From positions 2,232,001 through 2,296,000 of the forward strand of contig NC_089431.1 in assembly GCF_026210795.1 (NCBI RefSeq): a stretch of DNA of 64,000 bases, read 5' to 3'. This DNA is from Rhizophagus irregularis. Taxonomy: Eukaryota. The first letter of the stretch is position 1. Each line of letters opens with the position of its first letter. A model generated the notes under the pieces. That model was not told where the DNA came from, did no database searches, and was given only the letters and a program-made list of their open reading frames with translations. The position numbers were made by a program, and so were the translations under genes. This document shows, piece by piece, positions 38,926 to 51,949 of the stretch.

Positions 38926-39093
38926 CATGATGCTCAAATTATTTTGGACTGCCGTAATTATAAGTAAAATTCCAAATTCAATTACAGCATCCCAAATTAT
39001 TTTGGTACTTACATAGTAAATTATATATAAACTAAATGAATTATGCCATTCCAAATTATAATTATGCTATCCCAAAATAATTTGGGCAGCATA
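38926..39093. mobile_element. TA-flanked MITE, copy 3 (more diverged)
   Basis: Similar to 36589-36757, same orientation, differing mostly by C>T/G>A changes. Confidence 0.78.
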
Positions 39094-40479
39094 TATAATA
39101 AATAGAATAGAAACAAAAAGAAATAGGTGATATTTAGATCATATAATGGTAGTTAAATACTTAGATTAAATAATGGTAATTAGATTATATATTAATAAAA
39201 ATTATAAATAATAGAAAAGATTAAAGGAATATTTAAAGCATAAAATAGATACCTAATACAAAAAAAAATATAGGTTATATAGTGGTATTTAGATTATATT
39301 ATTTAGATTATATGGTGATACTATAATTTAGAATAAATAGAATACTGCTATATAATATAATTATATTACATAATGGTATCCCACTCCTATATAGCTACTA
39401 TAATTATTTGATAGATAACAGTATACAAATAGAATTCTACTTAAGAATAATGAATAGTTATAAATTACTAATATTAGAGTAATATATAAGTGTAGTATTT
39501 TGTATATTTTTTATTATTTACTTTAATAAATTTATAAATGTACTATGATTTGTAAAAAAAAAAATATATAATTTTCAATATATAACTATAAAGAGAATTG
39601 GTTGTACAACCTATATTATTTAAAATTGGCAAAGTTTTATAAAATTTTGGTTTTATTTGTATAAAAATTGGTAAAAACAATTACTTTTATTTAAAAATAA
39701 CTATTAAAATTAGTATGTCTAACTGAAATATCAGAATTTAATAATAATCAATAAATATTATACTAGAATTGTTGGCAAGGCTAGTTTGAAAGAATTAAAA
39801 TCTGATTTTTCATTAAACTTGTAATATAAAAAGTAGTAAATACTAAATAAAGATAATATTTGATAATATTTTAAATTAAATATTAGGTTTGTTAATTATT
39901 ACTAAAATATGCAAAAATCAACAAGGCTATATTGAAATTAGCAAAACTATTTTAAAAGGGTTAAAATCTGAATTTTTTTATTTGACCTGTAATTGGTACT
40001 GATTATCAATGATAATAAATAGCAAACTTCTTTTCTAAATAAATTGATAAATGCAAAAAGAATAAAATAAAATATAGCATCTTATTAATAAGTTAACAAA
40101 TCTAATTGTATTAGTTTCCAGTAATCAGATTTAATGAATTTTATACCATTTGATTCATCTCACTAAGACAAATCTAATGGTGATAAAATCATTTTACAGA
40201 ACAGCATGTCTAAAAATTATTTTAAGCCAAATTTGGACTAATTTGCCAAAATCAAAATGACTAGACAGGTCAGAATAGTTATCCAAGGTACATCGTATTG
40301 TCATGTATCTCTGTCTTGCGAAATCGTGGAAAACACCACGTCGAACCACTTGAAAGAGATTACATTATACACTAATTATATAATAAATATATTGTATATG
40401 TATAATTATGTGTCTTTGTTAAGCAGAAATTTATAGTAAATCAATTTTGAAATTATTTTTATTATTTAGCATGTAAATA

Positions 40480-41905
40480 TTATTTATTCAAAATAAGAAA
40501 AGTATTCCATCGGCCGCATAAACAGTCTACAATTTGTTTATCTCTGAATTCCGTCGAATCCACTTGCACAAACAAATAGTTATCATTCAGTCTATCAGCA
40601 CCTAAGCCTAATTGTCCATATTTTCCTATAGAAAATTCACATTCTTTAAGTTTTAAGTCGAGAAATAAACCCGTAGCAAATAATTCACATACCCCATCCA
40701 CAACTCCACAATCTGTAATCATCTATGTCGGATTATAATGAATAAGTATTGTAAGTTTTATATTACGTAAAATTTTAAATTCTCTTTTATCTTTACCTGT
40801 AATAGCAACAGTATGCGCGCTCCCGCATGCCACCTTCAATACATTTAATTCAATGTCATTTTCACCACCAAACTCAATCAGTGAGGGTTCAGCACAATTC
40901 ACCATTGAATCTTTACCCGAAGAGATCCCCAATCTCCCAAAGTGATTCCATCCAAAAGTATATAAATCACCCGAGTCTTTACAATTGTCAAGAAAAGTCG
41001 ATGTCTCGCACAAGATATTTAAAAAGTAAAGTATTTTGATTATAATATGTACGTACCAGTAATTACTGCGGAATGAAATCCTCCGCAAGCGATTTCTTTA
41101 ACTCTTAATCCCTGAAAAAATTCAATAGATGTAGGTTTTTCTAATGAGTTTGTAAATTCCCCATGTCCAAGCTGACCAAATCTTCCTGATCCCCAGCTAA
41201 AAACTTCACCGTCTCTTGTTAACGCCAAGGAATGATTCTCTCCACAAACAACGTTTGTGAAAAATGGATTTAAACTTCCGCTCTCATCAAAAGCAGTTAT
41301 TTTCTTTGGTTTCTCATTATTTTTTAAATTAAATTGCCATAACTTTCCATCCACTTTTTTTTAACGATAAGTAAACGATATTTTTACTTATAGCAGTTAG
41401 TAATTAAAGTTTAAAAATTAAGAAACTGCCATATATTACGTACTTGTTACAGCAATTACATTACTTCCGGTCCACATTTGCGCAACATCAACGCACTTTG
41501 CAGGCAGGTTAAAAATCTTTTTGGAATGGCCATAAAGGTTTCCATTAATATCTAAATATCCCTGGATCCCATTGTCATCTCCGAAATATTTCATTATATT
41601 TTGTGCAGGAAAATGGGTAGGAGATATAATTTTATTTCTTGTATCATCAAACCCCCAAAACATCAACTTTCTTTCACTATTAGATAGAATAAATTTCGTT
41701 AAGCAATCATCAAGTATTGATTACAAAAACATTATGATTTTACCAACATGTTGTTTATGCCCAAAGTTGAGCTAATATTGGCCCAGATGATATCATCACA
41801 CTGTGTGAACCCTGTAATATCACTTGGAACACTTATAATATCATCATTATTTGCCGGATTAGTTTGTTGAAAGGAATTATAACCGAACGAATAAATTTGC
41901 CGCAT
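40480..41905 (-). CDS. RCC1-repeat beta-propeller protein (RCCD1/SERGEF-like), multi-exon
   Basis: MRQIYSFGYN, VVCGENHSLAL...FSWGSGRFGQLG, IACGGFHS, LYTFGWNHFGRLG, VACGSAHT, GKYGQLG, CGRWNT. Confidence 0.85.
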
Positions 41906-42227
41906 CTATGATTAATTCGTTAAATTTGTTAATATTATTAGAATTGAAAATATTCCCTTACAACAAGACGAGATGTTCTTATTACTCAGACTAAGAATTC
42001 ATATCAGCATTTGTTAAACAAGCCCATCAGGTAATACATGCTAATTTTTATTAAACATCATAGAAACTAAAACACGGTAATCATTGTCAAGAAAAATTTA
42101 TAATACCTAAAAATTTGGTTCAGAGATACCGAGCATCCAAAAAAAATTCGCTATTATGACATCTAACGTTAAACTAGCCGAATTCGGTTGGGGACCGTGT
42201 TCGGTCACGTGATTTTGCAATATTCAT

Positions 42228-42448
42228 CAGGGTTGTGGTAGTACACCTGTACTAGCAAAATTCTAGTACGTACTGTACTAACAAAAAATTTCGTACAAGT
42301 ACTAAGTACACTGTACTAATACAATTATTACTCTTTAGGATATAATTTAACCATTTTATGTATTTGTACTAAATTTTCAAGTACAAGTACAGTACTTAGT
42401 ACTGTACTATACTGTACTAGTACTGTACTAGTACAATTCCCAACCCTG
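42228..42448. mobile_element. MITE-like element with CAGGGTTG termini and internal GTACT repeats
   Basis: CAGGGTTG...CAACCCTG termini; no TSD could be identified. Confidence 0.55.
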
Positions 42449-42690
42449 CCCTACATCACACCCATCAGTGTTTTCCCATTTATATGTCATGCCGCTATTT
42501 GTCACGTTTTGAAAACTTAAGGAACATTCCCTTTGCACCAGGTGTTCAAATGCAACGTAAGTATTCAAAAATTATCTAATGAAAAAAAATCAATTAATAT
42601 ATTTAATCGAATCGGCTTTAGACCCTCATATAGGCTATAGAGAATTAGAGATCGATCTTTGTATGCATTTATAAAATAAACAGTAGTAAC

Positions 42691-43009
42691 AGGCCTGTTC
42701 ATTTCCGGTCGGTTGGGTTTTTCGGTCGGGTTTCATTTGTTTTGGTTGGCCTGATCTTCGACAAAAATCAGAACAAAAAAAACTAAAAAATTGGGGTTTT
42801 TTTTGGTTCGAAAAATAAATAAAGCACCGCGGCGACCAATAAAAGTCATTTTGCTAATTATTACAAATTTTTATTTGTTTTCACGTGTAAGTCGAACTTA
42901 ACTAACTTAACTGCAAACTTTCAACTCAATTTACAAAATAATTTTATTCGTAAATTTTGAGTAGTACAAAGTCGACCAAAAAATCAGCCGACCAGAAATG
43001 AACAGGGCT
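42691..43009. mobile_element. MITE-like element
   Basis: TIR AGGCCTGTTCATTTCCGGTCGGTTG / CAGCCGACCAGAAATGAACAGGGCT; flanking duplication AAC (or TAACA if the ends are shifted by 1 nt). Confidence 0.7.
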
Positions 43010-43196
43010 AACATTTACGGATTTTGAAACGGCTTTTATACCAATTTTTTTGTAGTTTGAGTTTCTATTTTCTAACTTTCTTTTCTATAGGACGGATTAT
43101 TTAACTACAATAATAAAGTTTCGTAATATGAAATAATTAGACATACTGTAAATAAATTATTTTTTTAATTTAACTTCTTTATTTCTTCCTTTACTT

Positions 43197-44789
43197 TTAA
43201 TAACTAAAAAATGAATGTACATTAATTTGACGTTTTAAGTTTCGAATATAGACAAGAATGTTTAACAATTACCGATAATGTTCAGGTTTAAATGGACCAT
43301 CAACATTAACACCGAGGTATTTAGCTTGAACTGGAGTAAGTTTTGTGAGTTTAACCCCTAATTGTTCAAGATGAGCAGTAGCGACTTCTTCATCAAGTTT
43401 TTTTGGTAACATATGAATACCAAGTGGATAAGAAGCATTATCAGTCCATAGAGCAATTTGTGCTAACGCTTGATTTGTAAAGGAGTTACTCATTACGAAA
43501 CTTGGATGCCCTGTGGCGCATCCTAAATTAACTAATCTACCTTCGGCAAGAATTATTATACGTCGGCCATTTTTCAAAGTATAACGATCAACTTGAGGTT
43601 TAATATTAACATGAGATACAGCATTTTGTTTTAACCAATTAACATCAATTTCAACATCGAAATGTCCAATACTTTAATCAAAAAAAAATAGTATGAACTC
43701 TTTTTTTTTAATAAAAACAAATTTACGGTCGGTAAATTACTTACTTGCATACAATAGCATCATCTTTCATTTGTTCAAAATGCTTGCCCACAATAATATC
43801 ACGATTAGCTGTTGTAGTAACGAAAATATCGGCTTGGGCACATATATCTTCCATAGTTGTAACTTTATAACCTTCCACCGCCGCTTGTAAAGCATTAATC
43901 GGATCAATTTCAGTAATAACAACACGAGCACCAATTCCTCGAAGTGCTGCTGAACAGCCCTTACCGACATCACCATAACCTGCAACAACAGCTAATTTTC
44001 CAGCAATATGCACATCAGTGGCACGTTTAATACCATCAATTAAGGACTCTCGACATCCATAAAGATTGTCAAATTTCGTTTTTGTGACAGAATCATTTAC
44101 ACTGATAGCAGTAATTTTTAATTTTCCTTCCTTGAGCATCTTATATAATTGATGAGCACCAGTTGTTGTTTCTTCGGAAATGCCTTTAATATCTGATAAT
44201 AATTGATTAAACATAAGCCTCACTTACTTTAATTTAGTACCATTTGAAAATAAATTTCCTATACCTTTTAAAAGTTCTGGATGCTTTTCATGGACCATCT
44301 TAGTTAATTCACTACCATCATCAAGTATCATATTAAGAGGTTTTCCATCCTTAAAAGCAAAAAGAGTTTTTTCAATACACCAATAAAATTCTTCTAGAGT
44401 TTCTCCTTTCCATGCGAAAACAGGTATACCCGTATCTGCAATGGCAGCTGCGGCTTGATCCTGTGTAGAAAATATATCACAAGAACTCCAAGCGACTTCG
44501 GCACCTAAATGAGTTAAAGTCTCTATCAAAACCGCGGTTTGAATAGTCATATGTAAACAACCGGCAATACGTGCCCCCATTAAAGGTTTGGTAGGTCCAT
44601 ATTTTTTTCTTAAAGTCATTAATCCTGGCATTTCATTTTCTGCGAGTTCAATTTCTTGTCGACCCCAAGCAGCAAAAGACATATCGGCTATACAAGACAA
44701 ATTAATCAATTTTAATAATGAATTTTTTAATGCGCAAATATAAAATATTTAATCATGTCAATTACACCACCAATTTTGTAGTTAGCCAT
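43197..44789 (-). CDS. SAH1: Adenosylhomocysteinase (S-adenosyl-L-homocysteine hydrolase)
   Basis: [55 protein letters not shown]; five exons, with a 7-nt last coding exon (43197-43203). Confidence 0.95.
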
Positions 44790-45576
44790 TTTTTTTTTCT
44801 TTTTTTTAAAAAAAAATTTCTTGATAACTTTTCTCTTGAGTCTAAGAGTGATATTTGTATATGCAATTTAACGTAATTTTATAAATATGAAGGTGTATCG
44901 TGGTATGCCTAAATAAGATATGGAAAGGATGTTCGAAATAAGCTACAGAGTAACATTTCCATTGGTGGAAAATAAGATAGTTTTTAGCTCAAGTTTAGGA
45001 CAGTTTTACTAAATTTTTATTGTTTTTTTATAGAATGGCTTTCTCTTTTTCATCATGACACAGAAATTTTTAAATAGGTATATGAAGTATTTACCGCGCT
45101 AGTTACAGCTTTTTCATAAGTTACGGACATTCAGAATAAGGTAAACATTATATCGTTAGATTCGGACTTCGGAGCACTTGATCCGAGTACAGCGGAATGG
45201 TTTTAATCTCTACCGAGTTTTACCGAGTTACTTTCGGCGAGACAAGCCGAATAAAAGTGTCAGAGATTGTCAAAGTGACTATAAGTTTACAACGGGTCAT
45301 AGCAACTATGTAAAACCCATAAATAAAAAGAGTTATCTATGTCCTTGCTGTATAAGGTTGTACAAAGTCTTGAATTTAAGACTTTTTTAACAATCACCGA
45401 CCTGGTTTTTATAAGGAATTTATTTTTAAATTAATAATAACAACGATAACAACAATAATAAATTTTTATATTTCATGCTTATTTAATATTTCATGCTTAT
45501 TTAATGAAATATGATTATACAATATTCTATTTAGGAAAAAAATGAAATAAAAAATAATGTAATAATTATTTGATTC

Positions 45577-47105
45577 TTAAGACAAAACTTTAACTATGTC
45601 CCTAGCAAGATTAATTGTTTCACAGATCGTATTACTAATTTCTTGTTCATCATAATGTAAACTTAAATTTTGGTCTATGTTTTCTACAGATCTCCAACGT
45701 TTATTTTTAAGGCTCGTTGTTTGTTGGGTAATTAATTTTCCATTTGAATCTTGCTTAATAGTAGCAATGGAAATTTGGAAAGACCCGTTGCTAATAAATA
45801 TATAATAAAATTTTGGATATTTAAATCAAGATTTTGTACGATAAAGAAAAAAAAATAATTTTTTTTACTTACAAAAATCTTCTTTTTGACATAGTTTGTC
45901 TTACTTCAACCTTATCTAGTTTTCCATCAAAATCCTCAACACGAAACCACATTTCATCTCTCATTTTGAAAGAACGATTATATTGTATTTCATCAATAAC
46001 TTTTGTGAGTTTACTCCCAACTTTCAGATCATAACAAGTTTTCAACAAAAATCTACAGTCTGGAGCTTCATTTCCAGAAATCAAATCCAAAATAGCTTAA
46101 AATAAAAATTAATTATTAAATACCAATTTTTAAAAAATTTCGTATTATAATAATGAACTTACCCATTCGATTGATGCTACGCACACATTTTGTTATTTTC
46201 CATGAACGATCATCTTCATTCCAATGCAACTTAAGTTTTCTTCTTGATGAATCTTGATCAAAATATATAGCAATACTCCCTTTGTCTTTGTTTTTAGAAG
46301 TTATTTCGCTTCTTTTATCTTCTTTAAAATTGAATCCTTTTTCAAGTAAAGACATTTTTTCCAAGATTTGAGGTGCGCTTTGTTGGAACGATGTACAATA
46401 TTTTTTCCCCCATCTACGGAACTTAATCCATTCGCTGACATCAAAGTATTGCTTATCGACATTAGAGAATAGTTCCCGACCGAAAAAAAGATTTAAACGG
46501 ACCTCTCTTCTTTCGGAATCAGTTGGATCAGCTTTTGAAAGTTGTGAATAGATATCATTTAAGCAACTATCCAATTTTTCAGATGTTGTGAATCCACCTC
46601 CTGAAGGAGAAATTTCAAGTTTTTGATCGAACGAATCTGCAAGGTCAAATTCAGAGTCATCTTTTGTCTCTTTCATTAATTGGACAGAATAATGTTCCTT
46701 ATTTTTTGAAAAAACATCGATATCAACCCCCTCAAATTTAATAAATTGAAATTTAGCTTTATTAACATCAGCTATACTGTCCACTTCTAGGAGAGTATAT
46801 CCAATTGTTGGTATAACTAGTGATTTTTCAATGAATGCTTTAATTAGGGTTTTAGCAGCTTCACATTGTTTCTTGTCACCATTAATAATTGCCAAGGGTC
46901 GTTCGCCTTTTTTAATACGGATTTTAGCACCAGATTCAGATCTAAAGTGTAAATTTATTTTTTTTAAAAAAAAATTTCAATAAATTTTTACAATTAATTT
47001 TTAATTAATTAATATTACTTACTCTATTTTACGAGTATTCATATATTTCACTTTTTCCGGAGGGATTGGTATAACAGTATTAGGATTTTTGGTAAAATGA
47101 CTCAT
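45577..47105 (-). CDS. Hypothetical protein with an N-terminal KH-like domain, multi-exon
   Basis: VIPIPPEKVKYM...KIESESGAKIRI...AIINGDKKQCEAAKTLI follows the KH pattern; open spliced frame to TAA at 45577. Confidence 0.6.
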
Positions 47106-47344
47106 CTTTAGAAATGATTTAGAATTATTTAGAATTTTAAAAATTTTGAATCTCTTATCATCATCCCTTTAAATAAAGTTTTGAATCATTTAACACATGT
47201 ATTTGAAAACCTGTTTTGGAATATGGTGATATGATAATTTTATAATAAATCAATATAAATAAACGCCCACGGAAAAGACGTTTTGTTTCTTAATATGGTA
47301 AAAAATTTTTATAAATCATTTCCAAGTTTACAATAACAAAAAAG

Positions 47345-47410
47345 CAACAAAAGCAGAAAACAAAAAGCAGAAAACAAAAAGCAGAAAACAAAAAGCAGAA
47401 AACAAAAGCA
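47345..47410. repeat. 14-bp tandem repeat (AAAAAGCAGAAAAC), about 4 copies, downstream of DAD1
   Basis: Read directly from the sequence. Confidence 0.85.
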
Positions 47411-47473
47411 AGTTCGCAGCAGTGAAAATCTGAACAAATTTAGAAATATCTGCGTCATGATCATCGCATCGTA

Positions 47474-47775
47474 TCATTGTTGATTGTCATCCTTTAGATC
47501 AGCATCTAATGCACCAGCTTCAATAGTATCATTAAAATTTTTCCAAAGTGAAGCAACATTTTCAAAATCTTTTCCAACTGCAACTATACTTTCCAAATTT
47601 TTATTAAGTATAGCCATATTAATGATAATTTGTTCTAGTCCCTGAAATTCGGCATAATAAAAAGTTATATTCAATTTAAAAATGAAAAATAAAATAAAAT
47701 AATATTTACTTGCGCAATATCATTTATTAAGTTATCACGTTGTTTTTGGAAAGTTATTCTATCACCTGATTCCAT
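47474..47775 (-). CDS. DAD1: DASH/Dam1 kinetochore complex subunit Dad1, 2 exons
   Basis: FQKQRDNLINDIAQ|GLEQIIINMAILNKNLESIVAVGKDFENVASLWKNF. Confidence 0.88.
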
Positions 47776-49129
47776 ATTCGAAATAGTGAGTCCCTTTTTT
47801 TAAGTCTTAAGTTTTATGAAAATACAATTTAGAAAGAAGTATAGGGAACAAGCGTGTCAGAAAAAGCGTGTTGAAAGCGCGTCAGTCAAAAATTATGGAA
47901 ACTGATTTTAGGGGTTACGTGTCCTCATCAACCTTATATTTTATAGCTTCGGATCTTTCGGATCTTGTGTAACAAACAAGTGTTCAAAATTTTTTTATAC
48001 TATCGGAGCAGATCGGAACGCTAATTAAGTTCTCTACATACCGCGAAGCAAATATTATCTTTTTGACCCTGCACGACATCCTTTTTTGACCCTACAATAT
48101 AAAATAACACTAAGAGAGTCAAAAAGGTAATTTTTGCTACCGCGAAAGGGAGGATGGAATAATTGGGACATGTCATCAAGCGTACACTTCGGACTAATTA
48201 CACTTTAGACTAATAAAAAAACTAAATTTCATATTTTCGAAGGAAATGACGAAGGAAATGTAGGTAAACATTTTAATACGCGTTTTTATATGTAGGTTTT
48301 GACATTATTTATAATAAAACAAAATATAAAACAAGATTGATTCTATTTTGCCAAGTAATCTATCTTCTATATATTAAAAAACACTGCAATCACGTGGGCG
48401 TTATGTTTAGATTAACCATATAAATAAGTCATTTGAATTGTGTAACCATACTCCTATTCGTCACTAATGTTACACAAGACCAAAAAAGGCAATTTTATTT
48501 CTGGCGAAAAACTGAAATTTTGGGTTACACCGGATTCCATAAAAGGAAATTGTCGGTTACGCAAATTTACAAAAAAGGAAATTCTTTGCAGATCTTTTAA
48601 TTCTGGCCGGAATTACATATTAACTGTTGTCGTAGACAACAGGTGAACACTAGTATATTTAAAAATTAAACTAGCCGCTATTGTACTTTATTTGGGTACC
48701 CAATAACAATCCATTAGGAATACAATTAATTATCCCATCGGTATTATGTATACACCGATGGATTTTTTTGTAAATTATTCCACTGGTATAAAAAGTATAA
48801 AATCCATCAGTGTATATGCCATACACAATGAGATATACCTGTTATTCCCCAAGACATCGGTGAATATTTCAGTTATTCATTGATACCCATGGAATAACAA
48901 GTATATATTTCAATTATCTTTTTCTCAATACCAAAAATTGCTACAAGAAAATTTTCCAAAATAGTTAATCTACAACGTCTCAAATTTTCAAATACTCAGA
49001 TAAATATTGCATCATACTATATAGTATAACAAATAATTTATTGAAGTGAAATATCCGGGAACTCCAGTATTATTTCCAAAAATACCCTTTTTTTAACTCA
49101 AAAAAACAATTAAAATGGAAAATTTCTTT

Positions 49130-49300
49130 GTGATATGGGTGCTTTGCAATAGAAAGGGACGAAACTACTAAAAAAAATAAAAAATGAGTTAATATAAAGT
49201 CTGAACAAATTATAGCATTTAGAATATTTTTGGCATATAAAAGAAAATTTGAATTTTTTCAGTAGTTTTGTCCTTTTTTACTGCAAAGCATCCATATGAC
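49130..49300. repeat. Inverted repeat, about 45-bp arms (MITE remnant)
   Basis: ATATGGGTGCTTTGCAATAGAAAGGGACGAAACTACT versus AGTAGTTTTGTCCTTTTTTACTGCAAAGCATCCATAT. Confidence 0.65.
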
Positions 49301-50993
49301 AAATTTTCTTTGCAATATAACAAATTTTATAAATATAATAAAAATTTTTAATATTTCTTTAACATTTGCTTTCTTTCATTTATTTATTTTTAATTTGAAA
49401 TATTTATATTACATAATTTTAAGTATCTATTGCTAAACAATTATCAAAGCTTTTGTAAAAGGTAAATAGATCGTTCTAATTGCCTATTTTAAAAAAAATA
49501 AGTATATCTAATCTAATACCAAATAAGAAATTTATTTTTTTAACTATTTATCATGTCTAAAAAAACCTATTCTGTAACTCATAATTCTTGCTTTAATTTA
49601 AGAATTTCCAACCTATCCTTCTCAAGTTTCAGCTCTTTCTCTTCTAGTTCTAATTTTTTCTCTCTCAAATAAATCATTTGTTTTTCTTTTTAAGATCATC
49701 ATTTACAATTGATAATGTTAAAGTTTGGGTGACTTTCTTCAATTTATTTATTTTTTTTTCAATGCAGATGGTTCAACCTTATTAGAATAATTTCTTTTTA
49801 CTATAAAAATAAAATAAAGTTAAAAATATAGTAAATAAAAATTTTTGCCAGCTTTTAAAATAATATTAACTGGATCTTGTATTGCTTGCTTTTCTCACGT
49901 TACAACTTTAAGATCTTTTCCAGCTTTTCTAATACCATATTAATCTTAAGTTTGACATGTAATAAAATTTCTATTATTATATTTTTTTAGTTTTAAATAA
50001 TAATGATAAAATATTAATTAAATATAAATAAATAAATAAATAGTTAATATTTTACCTTAAAATTGTGATAACAATTTACCATCTTGATTTTCATTTGTAT
50101 AGTATGATTCAGTCACATTGGTATTATCTGAAGTTTTGTACCAGATATCTTCACTGATAAAGGAATGTAAAATATTTACCGATACTTATATCCAAAGAAT
50201 AATATAAAATGAAATTCAATTTAAAAAAATGCATAATTCAATCATTAACTTCAGTTATAAATAACTTTAAAAGGTTACAAGTCAAAATTTTTTTTCTGCT
50301 AGAAATTTTCTTTTTAACTGAACCAATAATTTTATTTTCTTAATCAGTTTCTCATTCAAAATGCAATCTGATGATTTTTGTGATTTATTTAAAGAAAGAT
50401 ATTTAAGTGATAATGGAGATAATAATATCTTAATTAATCTTATTTATTAATTATTATTAATTAATAAAAAATTTTATGTAAGCTTTCTTACTACTTCATG
50501 TTATTTATTCATATATACATTTTATTTTTTTACTTTCATTCTGTCACAATATACAGTATGTAGGTATGTACAATATAAATAAACATGTTTCTGATTCTTA
50601 TTAAAGTGTATATAATATAATAGTAATACATTGCAAATCATTTATGTAAATACAACTATTGCTTGTGTGACAAATTAATTTTTATATATAATAAGAAATC
50701 AATTTTTCAAAATATTTTGAATTTTTTCCTTACAATATTTAGCAAAATAAAATTTAGCAGAATAGTATTTACTGATATAAATATTTGCTTCAGAAGGATG
50801 GAATATTTTTATTAGTATATTTTAACTTCTAAGTAGAATAATATTTATATAATGAATGTACAGGTTGAAAAGTAAAAAATCAGGCATTAATCAGTCACCA
50901 ATCGGTCATCAATCAGGTAGCTGATTGGTAACTGATTGGTAACTAATTGGTGACTAATTGGTATTTTCGCCAAATACTGTCTCCAATCAGGTA

Positions 50994-51281
50994 GTTTGCT
51001 AACTTTTGATTCAGTGATCAGAAAAGGACAAAATATAGCTCATTGGAATCGTTCCAACAAGACGAATCTAATGGTAGTAAAATTGCATTTCTAGATTAAT
51101 AATTAATAAAAAATTAAATAAAATATAAATGATATATTTTTATTTTTATATTCTACTTAATTTCTCATCAAGTATTAATTCTAGAAATGCAATTTTACTA
51201 CTATTAAATTTATCTTGTTAAGACGATTCCAATAAGCTATATTTAATCCTTTTCTGATCACTGAATCAAAAGTTAGCAAAC
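50994..51281. repeat. Long inverted repeat (about 110-bp arms), preceded by 11-bp AATCRGTYACC-type repeats at 50885-50960
   Basis: GTTTGCTAACTTTTGATTCAGTGATCAGAAAAGG...CCTTTTCTGATCACTGAATCAAAAGTTAGCAAAC; the internal AGACGAATCTAATG motif recurs at about 25150 and 40165. Confidence 0.8.
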
Positions 51282-51949
51282 ACGAACTTTTTTCTCAAAC
51301 CAAAACTGTCTATATTAAATTTTATCACTATATACTGATTTTATTATAAATTTCACGATATTATATATAACGAAGTCTGATCATAAACCAGTCATATGTA
51401 TTTATTTGCGATAAGCCGATTACCACCAATTTTTCACTTTTCGTTTACCAAATCTTTATATGATTGAGTGAAAAAAAACTATATGTATTATTCTTAATAT
51501 CTTTATAAATATTAAAATCTTTAATATACATTCAGACATTCCACATGCCTTTATTTAATGTTCTGCACAAATTAAATTTTTTCTTTAAAAATTGATTTGA
51601 TTTAAACTTAATTTGAATTTAATTCAACCTTCAAAAAATATTATTTTGAATTTAGTAATCCAATTTTAATGATCTTTTTTTTAATTGATAGCTTTTATTA
51701 CTTTGATCAAAATAAAAAAAAAATCTTCAAAATTGGATTGTTAGATTAAAAGTTATTTATAAAATACATTTTTACCTTTTGGAATCAATAAGAGTTATAC
51801 TGTATCATAAATTAATTTGTACAAAACACTATCCTTATTATTCTCAAACATAAAATTTTGGTGTAAAAATTTATTATATATTTTTCTACTTTGACTTCAA
51901 CATAAATTCAAGCTTAAAGAAGATGTAAATAAAAAAATTGCAATACATT

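Noticed and set aside
22898..39054. Short ORFs at 22898, 24011, 36279 and 38872
   Set aside because: All lie wholly or mostly within palindromic MITEs.
49540..50500. Minus-strand coiled-coil gene relic
   Set aside because: Too degenerate to assign a family or exon structure.
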